A stretch of DNA of 64,000 nucleotides from the human T2T-CHM13v2.0 reference genome, Homo sapiens, in the NCBI RefSeq assembly GCF_009914755.1, contig NC_060929.1; one strand, written 5' to 3'. This document shows positions 43,336 through 56,289 of the stretch, piece by piece; the first letter of the stretch is position 1, and each line of letters starts with the position of its first letter. The translations under genes and the position numbers were made by a program. Under the pieces are notes generated by a model, which was not told where the DNA came from, ran no database searches, and saw only the letters and a list, made by a program, of their open reading frames with translations.

Positions 43336-44829
43336 CTCTATGGTAAACTCAATTTTGACCTTAATATTTCCCTGATCCACAGTGTTCCTGAATGTTCCAT
43401 TTTTGTATCCCATAACTTCCCACTATTCTGACGTTGCCACTGTCTTTAACTTGCCATGACATCATTTTACAATGGCTTTTCATATCATAACCTGCCCTCA
43501 GCACCAAGACTTCTCTGGTGGAGCTGCATGGACACAGATATTATTGTTGACTTGACAAAAGTTATGTTTAAAGTTATCTAGCACTAGGAGCCTGACTTCT
43601 TTTATAATTCACAATTGAAGAGGCTCCCAAACACCGAGTTAAAGAAAAACTTGTCCTTATAAATAAATTCAATCACTACCCATAAGACACTGAATTTAAG
43701 AGGTATCTTGAATGTGCTGAAGGTAACCTTTAGGATGTGTATAAATAATTGCTGTGTTAGACACAATGTTTTATCCCAAGCGGTAACCTAGGCTAAAAGT
43801 ATAGAGAAAATTGCTTAAAATGGAAATCTGAAGATATTTGAGATACATCCTAAGTTTTTGAGGATGATGTCAATAACAGCCACATACCCTATAAACCATT
43901 ACTTGGTTTTCCTCTGATAGTCACTTTCTTACACTTTTCTGATTATCCACTTGAAAAACATTAACTTGCCTTACCTATAAAAGCCATACAGTTGCTTCCG
44001 ATGAGGCTTTATTAGCCATATTTATTTTAGAGATTCACTGTCATGATAAACCAATTGAGTAGGAGCTCTTTTTATTTTAGCAAGAATCTAGTACAGGAAA
44101 TGTACTATTCTTAAGGACCTATTAAAAAGCTCAACATGTCTGAATTCATAGGCTCTGATCCAATGATGTGGAGACCAGCAGACCATTAAAATTAATTGAA
44201 AGTGCTGAACCATTTCAAGATTGATTTATTTTATATTACAAAAAAATTAAATAAAACGGGAGGTGCTAGGTTAGCCTCTGCCCTAAAGAATTAGTCTAAA
44301 ATTACAATTGAAACATCTCAAATGGTATTATTGTGAAACTCATTAAGATATACATTAGGTTTCCAAATCATACTTATGCTCTTTGTAATTTAATAATGAG
44401 CTACCCTCATTTAGAAATAACTTGGCTCTCAATGGTGAGCAAGTAGTCAGGATTCCGACCAATTTGAGCACCTAGTGAGAACCTAGAATATCTTACCAGT
44501 GCAAAGCCACCCATTTAGGTGAGCTTTTTCTTTCTTTGGGGTACAAAAAAATTCTGTAAAGGAACATTTTCCCGCTAAACCAAGACTATGTTATTTTGTT
44601 GAATTCTGCATTCTTCTTTATTGTTCCTGGCATACAGGACATAACATTTGGAGGCATTTCCCCTGAAGTGTCTAAAGTGACTTCAATAGCAGCCATTCCT
44701 GTGTCTTCTGAACTGGTGGTAAAGGCAGGGAAAAGCAGGAAATCCTCTCTATAAATAAAAACATCTGCAACAAAGAGGTAACAATGACAAGCTTAAATCC
44801 TTGCACTTGCCAAGCTTCCCTCAAAGTAT

Positions 44830-45290
44830 CCGTCAGGTCTCATCTTGCACCTCTCTCCCCTTCCCACGCTGAACCACAGCACACACAAGCCTTCTTCAGT
44901 TTCCCAACACACAGTGTTGTGCCTCATCTGTTCACCTGCAGTTCTCATCCCCTGAATGTGCTGCCCCCTCTCTCCAGGCAGCCAGCTTCCCATACACCCA
45001 TCCCATGTCTTTCTCAGGAACCTGCCCAGCCAGCCACCTGGCACGGGGCTGATTCCCAATGTTATACCCTCCCTTGACATTCTGGGTTTCCTATAAATAC
45101 CCATTCCTATAAATGTGTCGTAATTAATTAATTATTAACTGTATAAATATGTTTTAGTATCCTTCTCCTACTAGAATTTAAACCTCAAGCAGACAAGGAT
45201 TGCCTGTTTTCATATTATCATCTCATCCCTAGAAACTAGCACAATGCCGAGAACATAGTACTCAATATATGTTGAATGAATACATAAAAA
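44830..45290 (+). mobile_element. L2 3' portion
   Basis: Ends 'ctagcacaatgccgagaacatagtactcaatatatgttgaatgaat'. Confidence 0.65.
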
Positions 45291-46821
45291 TAAACTTTCT
45301 ATTAACCTGGACCACATTCTTATTTTACTCATTTGTTTCTTTTCTGAGTATATATAATTGAGCACAATTTGCATTAACGTGTTCCCATTTGACAGGCAAA
45401 AGAGTCCCCCTCCCCACCCCGCTATATCCCAAGGGACATAATTAGCTAATGTGTATATAGATTCTAAGTTGACAGGGAGTTAACAAATCTACGGCTTTCA
45501 TGGGTAAGGACAGTGTTTAATTCACAGAAATTAAAGATGAGGAATGTCAGTTAGTTAATCTCAGGCTGGAGAGAAAGAAGAATTGCCAGTTGCTGAGATC
45601 CTAGTCATTCTTTTGTGGCATATTTAAATGTTCCGACCATTTATTTATAATGAGGCACAGTGGGGAGCTAAAATGAACTTCCCCGTATAAGCTTTGCCAG
45701 CATTTCTGTGAAAGATTGGCACCATCTATCCCAGAGTCTTAGCTATTGCCTGTCACATGGTTACTCTACATGGGGCAGCATGCTCAAATTCCTCCAGGGG
45801 CCTGTTAATGCTTGAATGAAGCTGATTGTAGAAGGGGCTCTGTGGAAAACTGGAGCAGACTCCAATTAGCTGCAATCAATTCCTGCCATGTACAACATGG
45901 GGATCCAGTGTGGTTGTAAAATATTCCCATTTTTAAATGAGTCGTTTTTAAAATCACTGTGTATACTGTATACATTACACACACACACATATATATATAT
46001 TATACATATATATAAGGTATATCTGGAATGGATACATTCAAGGACCAAGGTTGCCAGATCTGCCTCATAATCCCTATCTTTGTTCTTCAGGGAACAGGTA
46101 GCTGTCTATGGCAAGAAATGCAGCCTGGAGCAGACCCACGCACTGTGCAGGGCAGAGAAACTAGTCACAGCCAGGTATCCTCTTGGCTCAAAGTTCAAAG
46201 AATACTACTTTACTTCCCCAATGCCAACACCAGATCAATCCTCCTCTCTCTGAAACCTGGTTGGTGACAAACACAGTCTTAATTTACCATATAGATAGAA
46301 AGCACCAGTTCCAACTTGTATTTGACCATAGAAAGTTGCCCTGCTAGAAAAAATTTTAACATCATTCAATTTATGTTCCTTCTAATACAGCCTGTTTCTC
46401 TACCAGTGAAAGAAAATTGCCGTGCTGCTTTTCATTTCTTTAATTCATTCATTTGTTGAGAAATTTTAAAAATATAACAAAAAATAGACTAAAACATGTA
46501 CCTCCCATCAAAAGATAAAACTATTAAAATGTTGTCATATTTGCTTCAAGTTTTTCTTTAAATAAATGAAATAAAACATTACAAATTAAGATAAAATTTC
46601 TTTGTCCCAATTCCTAGTCTCTTCATCTCTCCTTTCTTCAAGACCATTTATTTGAACTATATCTATCCAGTCCCTTTTGCATTTTTACATGCATATAAAT
46701 ACATCAAACAGCAGCTGTATTATATTATTTTAGGTATTTTATTTGCATAAATGTCATACTACATGTAGCTTCTGCAATGTGTTTTATTGGTTATCACTGT
46801 GTATCTATCTATAGATACAGA

Positions 46822-46915
46822 GACACACACACACACACACACGAGAGAGAGAGAGAGAAAGAGAGACAGAGAGACAGAGAGAGAGAAAATGAGAGAGGCA
46901 CAGAGAGACAGAGAA
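46822..46915 (+). repeat. (CA)n(GA)n compound microsatellite within an old L1ME-like fragment
   Basis: Direct reading. The flanks (about 46440-46980) resemble antisense L1ME. Confidence 0.85.
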
Positions 46916-47174
46916 GAGTTCATGTTTTCACTTCTGTATAGTATTTCATTATATGAATATACTTTCTTTTTCTTTTCCCAAATGATGGCGTGTATGCCAG
47001 AACATGATGCAACATTGCCCCCAAAATTATCACTCAGATAAAGAAGTACCCATACACTAGACTTCACAAAGACTTTCATATTACAGTGCAATCTTGCATT
47101 TACTTTATTTCAAACCACACGACATTGCTGGGGAAGATACATTACCAGAAATAACTTGAAGCAATGTTATCTTT

Positions 47175-47335
47175 GGAAGAAAAAGGAGGAGGAGGAGGAG
47201 GAGGAGGAAGAGAAGGAAGAAGAGGAGGAGGATGAGAGGGGGAGGAGGAGTAGGAGAAGAAGAAGGAGGAGGAAGAGAAAAAGAAGAAGGAGAAGAAAAA
47301 CAAGAGGAGAGAAAAGAAAGAAGGAAGGAAGGAAA
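47175..47335 (+). repeat. (GGA/GAA)n purine tract
   Basis: About 160 bp of almost pure purine. Confidence 0.9.
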
Positions 47336-47856
47336 TTAATATAGACTAGGTAATCACTTATAAGTAATTGCAAGTGTTGTGTGCCATTATGTATAAACCC
47401 TTTAAAGATCACCTTAAAACAATACAGTAATTGGTCAGGTTGTGGAGAGCAAATATATAGCAAGACAAATGAATAAGTCAGCCATCTTAATATTAAGACA
47501 TGGATCCTTGTAGTTGGGGTAAAATTTCTAGACAAAGTGTTATAGACTGATTTGTAAACTACTGAGTATCACGTGCCCTGGGATACGATTTATATGACTC
47601 AGAAAGTGGTTCTTTTTAGATGAGAAACATGATGTCAAAGGCACATGGGAGAAACGTAAGTCAAATCATCATCTAACAGATGCAATCGGAGGAAAAAACA
47701 CTTCTAAGTTATTATTTTGTACAACATGTAATTTTAAATAGGTATCGCTAACATTTTAAATAAACAGTTGACTTTTCACATCCCTAACAAAGTTCATATA
47801 TTCAATTTGGCCCCAAACCATTTTTTGATCTTCTCATTTTAAAAAGGAAGGGGAGA

Positions 47857-48219
47857 GTATTAGCTCAGGCCACTGTAACAAATACCACACACTGGAAGAC
47901 TTAAACAACAAAAATTTATTTCTCACAATCCTTCTGAAGTTTGGGAAGATCAAAGTGTAGGCATGGCAGGTTTTATTCTGAGGTCTCTTCTTAGCTGGTA
48001 GGTGGCCACCATCTCTCTGTGGCCCCTACTTTCTGTGCAGGGGTTGGGTTGGGGAGGGGAAGGAAAGCAAGCTCTATCAGGGTCCGCTGCTATGGTCTCC
48101 TTTAACCTTAAGTATTTCCATAAAGGCCCTCTCTCCAAACACTCCCAGTATTAGCAACACTGGGAAGTTAGGGCTTCCTCATACCAATTTTGGGAGAACA
48201 CAAATATTCAACTCATAGG
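47857..48219 (-). mobile_element. MLT1A/B-like LTR
   Basis: 'ctgtaacaaataccacacactggaagacttaaacaacaaaaatttatttctcaca' ... 'gttagggcttcctcataccaattttgggagaacacaa'. Confidence 0.8.
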
Positions 48220-49199
48220 AGGTGTCACTGCATATTTTTAGTTATCTTATATTTAGGCATATGATAAATTACTTTAAACTTTTCTTTATTATAAATAATG
48301 TAGCAACAAACATCCTTGTACTAGTTTGCACATGCAGATGACCACTTTTGTTTGAAAAACAAAAGTTTTTCTGGTGTATATGCCTAGAAGGAGAATTTCA
48401 CATTTCTTTCTTATTCTGCTAACGTCTTTAGAAATCTGTGCTGCTTCTCAAAGGATTTTTTTGTTTTTCAGGGGTCAAGGAGCCACTGCAAAATAGGCTG
48501 AAATCCCAGGTCAGCTCCTCTCAGAAGTCTCTCTAATAGCAGAGCCCTTTGAAGCACACCACTCTGTGCCAGCCGAGATGATCCTCCCTGGCTGGCTCCC
48601 TCACCCACCATTTGTGTATTAGGGACTGGGCAGAGTCGCAGTCTCAAAGTGGCATTCACAGGAATGAGTCATGGGTTGGCCCCAAGAGATTCTGCCACTT
48701 GCTTTCAGCCCATCTCTGCAGAGCAGCCATCCCTTCTCATTAGTATGGAGTGCAGATCCCAGAACAAGAATCCGTGCGTGGCCTCTGGGCACTCCAGCCA
48801 GAGCGCTAGGATTTGGCCATTTCCCGGGTACAGAGAGGCCTCAAGAGGATGGCCCTAGATGAAGGTAAACTCTCCCCTAATTAAGCTAAAGAGTGAAACT
48901 AACTCGAGATTTGAGAAACAGTAGAAACCATTAGTAACTCAGAGAAGCCTTGGATCCAGAAGCAGAGCAAAGAGGGAAAACGTGGTTTTGTTCTCCATGT
49001 GGTAATTCTGTAAGTTTGTCCCTTGCTAACGTGGAAGCTCAAAAGCTGATGTGTTTGATAAGCTGATGTGTTTGATGTCCCAGTGACTTCATTCAATGCA
49101 ATGGAAAGTGCATAAACCCACAAAACTAGGTCCCCTCAGAAAAAGCTCCAATCCAAGTTACCTGGAATAACTCGGAACCAACCAACCATTCTGGGTTAC

Positions 49200-49400
49200 A
49201 GTCATAGGATTTGAGCAGCAATTCTCCTTCTGGACGGCTGTGGAACAAGGTGGCTGTGAGCCTCAGTTTCCTCCTCTACAAAACAGAAATAATACCTATC
49301 TCACGGGTTTACTGTGAGACTAAGTGTCATAGTGCACATCGGACCCCTACCACGGCCTCTGTTACATAGGAAGAGTTTGACGCAAGTTAGCTAATTATAT
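49200..49400 (+). mobile_element. MIR
   Basis: 'ctgtgagcctcagtttcctcctctacaaaacagaaataatacctatctcacggg'. Confidence 0.7.
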
Positions 49401-49479
49401 TTTCCTCTCTTCACTTTAAAAGTAACCAGAACCAATCCTAATGCTAATATCAATACTAATATTAATACAAACACTAATG

Positions 49480-49690
49480 AGATTAGTCACTGAACATTTA
49501 TTCTATGCCATTGGGCTGTGTTATCTCATTCAACCTTCACAGTCAGGTTGTATTATTTCAATATGTTCACATTACAAATGAGGAAACCAAGACTCAGAAG
49601 GTTAAGTGATTTGCCCAACATCAGACAGTGAGTGACAGGCAGAAATAGAACTCAGACTAAATTAGGCCAATCTCACAGCTCCTTTCTTCA
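49480..49690 (-). mobile_element. MIR
   Basis: 'ttacaaatgaggaaaccaagactcagaaggttaagtgatttgccca'. Confidence 0.75.
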
Positions 49691-51432
49691 CCATGATGGA
49701 TCCCCTTTGCAAAGTTTCTCCTTGCAATTTGCAGGTAAATTGGGGTGAAAGAAATCTCTAGGAGAATCTGATATATGTATACACACACACCCTTGTTCTC
49801 CAAGAATGGGACAAAATTTAAAGTCCTTAATGATATCGCCTTTTTAAATTTCTAAATAATATGGAGTTGAGGGTTTTTCTCACCTGAAGTCTTTGGTGGT
49901 TGATTCACCTCATCTCTTCACTTCGCCTCTACAGATGCAACAGGGAAAGCCCACTACAAACTTTCTTGTTCTTGGACTTGATTGCACAGTCTCCAAATAT
50001 GATCAGCAGTTACCATGAGACAGTTTTTGGGTTCTTTTTCTTTTTGGCTTTCTCTCTGTCTTTTAAACCCAGTGCTTCTCTCCTCAGGCAAAAATTAAGT
50101 TTTTGTTCAGACTCAGAGGATTCGGTTTACTCTCAATGATCGAAGAACAAGCATGTGAATGTTTTTCAAAAAAACACACATCAACAACTGCGAGAAACCA
50201 ATAACCATTTATACTGGGGTTTGGAATAAATCTGGGGCTTGCATTTAAAGGTGGATATATCTGACATTCTAAAAACTGACTTGAGGCCAAACAATGAAGG
50301 CCAAACTCCGAAAAAAAGCAGACTCTGCAGCAACTGGAAACCTGATCCATTTTCTTTTCTTTCTGGGTCTACTTCTTTCATTCATGTACTTCTAAGCACC
50401 CACACTGTGCAAGGGGCTGGGAGTCAAAGCACTAAAGCACAGGCCTTACGAGTAAGTTGCTCACAAGATGGTGCAGCTAGTGCTATGCCGCAGGGAAGCC
50501 CAGAGCACCATCATAGCTATAAAAGCCAGTCATTAACTGAGCTCTGCTCTGTGCCAGCCATGATGCTTTTACATGTGTTCTTTTCTTCAATCTTTACAAC
50601 ATGACAAAGTCCTTATTATTACAAACGTAGAAACCAAAACTCAGGTGATGGGACTCATCCAAGGTCACACGTGTGCTAAGTAGCAGAGATGGGATTTAAG
50701 TCTAGAGCAACCTGATTTCAGAACCCAACCTCTTAACTACTCTGTAACACTGTCAAGAGAGCATAATGAAGGGACACAAAACCTGTAGTGAAGGGCAATT
50801 AGGGAGGTCTTTCCAGAGGAGGTGTCATCGGGGTCTGGAATGTATACACAATGGCCCAGGGGAAAAAGATGGCAAGCTGCTTCCTATATTTGTACATGGA
50901 GAGGCTGGAGAGCAAGCTGGGCCAGGCCATGAAGAGCCCAGTATGGCAGGCTAAGATGGGACTTGGTCTGGAAAGTCATGGGAAGCCACTGAGGAATTTC
51001 AAGCAGGAAAATTAGATGTCTAGATTTTATTTTTATAATGATCACTCTGGCTTCTCCGTGGGAAGTGTTCTAGAGGATGGAAAAACTAGATCATGGGAGA
51101 CATGTCAGGCTAATAACAATACCAATGATAAAAACAGCAAGTAGTATTCAGCATTGCAATGACTCCAGAAGGCGTGATCAGAGCCTGAGAGGCTATGTAG
51201 AGTGTAATGAGTACATAGCAGTAAAGGCAGGAGCAGGAAAGATGACTTCTGTTTTTTGAAAAATAAGATTTTCTCTTTGGGAGAAGTCTTTACCCATTTA
51301 TTTGCAGTGCAATTTTTATATGGTAATAGTTCATCAAAAGCCAACTGAGGTATCTTGTTCATTAGTCACTCTTTATACATTAAGTTAACCATTTAATACT
51401 GAACAATGTCAAGGATGAAAAAGAATACTCAC

Positions 51433-51450
51433 CAGATGGTGCAGCCAGGG
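51433..51450 (-). other. candidate 18-nt microexon (CCCTGGCTGCACCATCTG)
   Basis: Minus strand reads ctaatctaattctctcattatcgtAG | 18 nt | GTgagtat, with about 68 nt free of AG upstream. Confidence 0.35.
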
Positions 51451-51534
51451 CTACGATAATGAGAGAATTAGATTAGATTTATATGACAAACAATGATGGA
51501 ATAACATATAAGTTGTTTGCCTTAAAAATAATCT

Positions 51535-51925
51535 AGATAGGTATTGGTGGGGGAAGGAAATGGCTGTGTCTATAAAAGGGTGGCACCAGCAATCCTTCTG
51601 ATGAAACTGTTCTATTATCTTCATTATGATGGTGGTTATATAAACCCACACATGATAAAATCATATAAAACTAAATTCACACATATATACATACACATAA
51701 ATATGCAAATATACACATCAATACATATAAAACTTATGAAATTTGGATAAGGTTGGTGGATTATACCAACATCAATTTCCTGATTGTGATATTATACTAA
51801 ATTTATGCAAGAGGTTACCAGTCAGGGAACCTGGGTTAAGCATACATAGGATCTCTGTGTATCATTTCTTATAATTGCATATAAATCTACAGTTATCTCA
51901 AAATAAAAAGGTTTTAAAAAACAAA
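51535..51925 (+). mobile_element. L1MD/L1MC-like 3' end
   Basis: 'gctgtgtctataaaagggtggcac' and 'ggatctctgtgtatcatttcttataattgcatataaatctacagttatctcaaaataaaaag'. Confidence 0.8.
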
Positions 51926-52069
51926 ATAATCTTACTTATTGCACATGCAGAATTTTTCAAGCAATTTCTTGAAGTTTTTAAAGCCTCTGAAATTCTGAAT
52001 TTCTATACATTGTCATTATACAAATCCAGAGAGAGACAGCCAGAAAGTTTGTGCTTTGCCCTCAAGGGT

Positions 52070-52320
52070 AATATTGTATTAAGAGCTTTTACTGTAGAGC
52101 AAAACAGTGCAAATCCTGACTCCACTACTTCCAAAACTCTACCACTCACCTTCAGCAAGTTGTTTAACTTCGCTATGCCTCTGATTCCTAGTGAGTAAAA
52201 TGCAATTTATAATTTTACATACCTCATGGGATTTCATAATAATTAAATGAGTTAATATGGTAACACTTAGAAGAGTGACTAGAACAAAATAAGCACCCCG
52301 AAAGTGTTAACTTTATTATC
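52070..52320 (+). mobile_element. MIR
   Basis: 'attaagagcttt...aaatcctgactccactactt...agcaagttgtttaactt...aattaaatgagttaata'. Confidence 0.7.
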
Positions 52321-52329
52321 TATAAGGCT

Positions 52330-52820
52330 GCCACGTATCATTTCCTTCCAATCTCTCCAGCTTCTTCTTGCCCTGTTGTCCCATTACCATCATCTGCTTT
52401 AACCATAATTACTCTCATTTCAGAACCTTTGCATATTATGTCCCATCTCCCAGCGACCACCTATCACCTACTCACCCTCATTCAACACGCTAACCCTTCA
52501 GCTCCTCCACCCTAATCTCAATGCAAGCATCACTTTCTCAGGAAAGACTTCTTAGACCTCATTGTTAAGGTCAAATGTTCTATTTTTAAGCTCATAGATA
52601 GCTCAACACCTCATAGCATTTACCTGAGTTGTAGTTTCAGTATACATCTGGAGAGCTATGTGATTGTCATATGCTGCTCCACTAGATTTTAACCTCTTTG
52701 AGATGAAAACTGGATTTGATTTTGCTCTTCGTAGTATCCTCAGTACTTATCACAGTCCTAGGCTCACTATAGATACTCAGTAACTATTTGTTGAATGACT
52801 AAATGCTTAAACGAATAAAT
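52330..52820 (+). mobile_element. L2 3' portion
   Basis: Ends 'atagatactcagtaactatttgttgaatgactaaatg'. Confidence 0.65.
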
Positions 52821-53117
52821 AAATCTATAATGACGGAAGCTGGCAGACAGGCCCAACTTTATAAAGGAGCTGTTCACCCAACAGAGAGCAGGTTTCTTTT
52901 CCTATCATCAGCTCACGAGAGAGAGAGAGCACATACATGCAAAGGGATTTTATATTCCACTGAGAATTTCCATACCTCTCATCTCAAGTTTTTATCACAG
53001 TGAAAGGGATTCTAATTCACTTACTTTTTGTAAGGCATACTGGTATACTTGACAAATAAAAGAGCCATAGACAATCAAAATGCCATTCTGCTTTGGGCCG
53101 TTTCACTTCATTCTAAA

Positions 53118-53120
<3 letters not shown>

Positions 53121-53176
<56 letters not shown>
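53121..53176 (+). repeat. (CA)17(GA)11 compound microsatellite
   Basis: Direct reading. Confidence 0.95.
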
Positions 53177-53177
<1 letters not shown>

Positions 53178-53989
53178 TAAGTCACTCTCACTCACACACA
53201 AGAGAGACCAAAAGGGAAAATTAAATTTCCCCAGGTCTTTTCAAAAATCAGATGCATACCTCATCAATGTTTATTCAACTTCCCACTGTGCTGATTCTCA
53301 AGGAAGCAAATGATGTTTAATGGGAAAAAAGAGTAACTTAGAAGAATAAAAAATAAAGCTTACTATCAGGCTCTCCTCCATTCCCCAACTATATCCCTAA
53401 TCTTTCTAGACATTTTACCCAACATCTCCCTCCGTTTTCCCTGCTAGGGCATATTAGCAGTAAGGTCCCACAGTTGGATTAATTGGATCAATGCTGAAGT
53501 TTTCATTTGCTACTTGAGTTTAACAAATTAATTTGGCATATAATGAAATATTGTGAAACAGTTTCAGAATGGATATTGCAAATACTGCCTTGTTCAATTA
53601 CTGTCAAAATGCACATACAAGAAAAATATGAAAATCTGAACATATAATTGCAGACTTAATTACCGCTCTGTGCTAACCAAAGGCAATCATACTGAATTTG
53701 TCAAAGCATTTAAACTAGTTCTAAAGTCTTTCTCTAATTCCAAAGAAATGAGAACACATGAGCAAACACTAAACAGACAACTAACTCAGTCTTTCTCATT
53801 TTTCTTGGGTTGTTAAGACGGCATGAGAACAATCAGACCAGGATTTTTCAATGGGCCACAATTATGAATCTGTTATTACAACTTCATGGTTTATAAAGTA
53901 CTTTAATGTACATTATCCCATTTGAATTATCTTGAGAATCGTGATTGTGTGTGAAATTTAACAATACTGTCACTTGTCCTCAGAGAATG

Positions 53990-55330
53990 ACAATTCATTT
54001 ATTTAAGGAATATTGACTGAGTGCCTACTATGTCTCACACTGTTCCAAGCACTAGGAAACAGCTGTGAACAAGACAATGTTCCTATTCTAATAAGGCTGA
54101 CATTGTAGTGACAGATACAAACAGTAAACACACACAAACAACAAAAAAAAGCAAAATAATGTTAAGATACAAAATATGTGTCTGCTTTAGATTGGGTGTT
54201 CACTAAACGACTCTCTGACGAGATATTTGAGCATAAGCCCTGAAGTCTATGTTAGTATATCTGAGAAATGTCTGATCCCTACCTACTTAGTGCTGTCTTG
54301 ATTAAACTATTAGCACGTTTTATGTAATAATCAAAATGCCTGAGATGACCATTTATTTCAATCTTCTTCCTGCTCATATTGTGACCAGAGCAAGTGCTTT
54401 ATACAATGATCTGCTTTACTGAAAGCAGATCATTTGCACTAGAATATTGCTTTATGTCTCAGATAACTTCACATCTATTTTTCCTCTGATTTTCAGAAGA
54501 GGGTACTATTATCCCTGTTTTTCAGGTGAGAAAGCCGGGGCTTGCCGCAGATCATACAGCAAGTGAGTAACTCAAAATTCAAGACTACTGACTCCTAGTC
54601 CAATGCCCTCTCCAGAATACATTTACAGTAGATAGAGAACGCCATTCAATTTACTCAACAAGTATTAACATAAAATTGTTTCATTCATTGCCAGTTGATA
54701 GTGATTGCTCACGGTGAGAAAAATACAACTTTTGACCTTATGATGCTCCCAGTCACATTGGGATCACATTTAAATAATTCATTACAAACTCATGAGAAAA
54801 GTATAACACCTTGGAGAATCAGAGGAGGAGTTCCACAGGGGCATTGTTTAACCTGGGCCTTGAAGAATGAGTAGGAGTTTACCAAATAGAAAATAAGTCA
54901 AGAGGAGTTAGTCCAAAGGAAATTGGTCAAGTAGAGAGAGACAGGAAGGACGATGATGAGTAAGGAGAGCAGCAACCAGACTCTTGTGGCTGAGATGGAG
55001 AAGAAAGAATAAGGAGGGAGAGACAGGCCAAGACTCTGGTAACGAACGCAGGAACCGGTTGGCAATGGTACCAAACAGTAGGCTAAGAAATCAGGACTTT
55101 TTCTTGTCTGAAGTAGAGGTCACTGAAGCATTGAGAGCTAGTGAACAACAACACAATCACTAACTTAGAAAAAGCCTTCTGGAGGTAAAAATTGAGTGGA
55201 AGCTAGTCGTGGGTGGGGGCAGGAGAGCAGCTGTAATAGTCATAATTGCCCAAGGAGAAGCACAGACATCCTGAACTAGAACCGTGCCATGTAAGTAGGC
55301 CGCTAATACTCCATCTTGAGTGGAGAAAAA
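53990..55330 (-). mobile_element. L2 fragments (with an intervening MIR at about 54480-54610)
   Basis: 'cattt...atattgactgagtgcctactatgtctcacactgttccaagcactagg' and 'ctgggccttgaagaatgagtaggagttt'. Confidence 0.65.
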
Positions 55331-56289
55331 ATGGGAAGAGGAGAGAGCAAATATGTAGAAAGTCTTAGCTTTTTCAAAGTCCTCTCCAGGTCCTGGTATA
55401 GTTCAAAAGTTCTTTCATTTTGGTTTTGTTTTTTAATTGGAAGTAAATTCTTTGAAAGAAAAGTGAAGCCTTGGGCTTTAATTCTGCTGTTGTTTGAAAG
55501 TCTATATATATATATATTCAACCCCTGAGAGGGCTCTTTGATCTATCTCACTATATGGATGCTAGTCATTTGTTGCATGCCTCCATGGCAATAATACAAT
55601 ACATGCAGCCCGTGTGCATTGTCTGATCTTGTGTATATTGAGGAAGTGGGGGAAGGACACCTCTTGATTCCCCCCTTGAGTTGTTATGCTGTGTCTCTGG
55701 CCTTGACTGTTCTGACACAGACTAAAAAATCTTGTCCATTTCATTACTTTCTCTCCCCTAAAAGAGACTGTTTTGACAAGTGAGAGGTAATTGTTGTTTA
55801 CTTCTGGCTAGTGTCAAAAGCTGTGTTTTGCTGGACACATGTGGCTGAGGCACTTCCTCCAAAGGGTGAAAGTTAAGAACTCTAACCTTGATAATTGAAG
55901 AAAAGGCTGGAAAACTGTTTGGCAAGTGGCCATCGTCTCACCCTTCACTGAAAGTATGATTCACCTCACAGGACTCCTCGCTCAGCTTAGGCCAGGAGAA
56001 CAGGAAAGACAAGGAATCTGGAAGGCCCATTGCTCGTTAAAATGTGCAGCCTCTGCAGACTGTGCATCGGCAAGGCCATTTCCCCAGGCTCTGCAAGGCC
56101 TCTCTGCTGGGTTTGAATGTACAGATTCCTTGCTCTCATGCAGAGAAGGATCATCAGGACCTAGATCCACAAACATTTTATCTAGGCATAGAATAAGTGT
56201 AAATACCTGCCCCAACCTGCTAACCAATATCTACTGTCCTGTTTCTACCATTAAATCATTTATACTATTAAGAAAAATAGCTAATCCAC

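Noticed and set aside
43965-43995. Minus-strand AG|GTAAGG recursive splice site
   Set aside because: The polypyrimidine tract is too weak, and such motifs are expected by chance in 64 kb.
47156-47535. Poly-E/R and poly-L/S ORFs
   Set aside because: These are translations of a (GGA/GAA)n low-complexity tract.
49043-49076. 17-bp tandem duplication aagctgatgtgtttgat x2 (similar ones at 18213 and 57489)
   Set aside because: These are ordinary slippage duplications with no array structure. They are not CRISPR-like.
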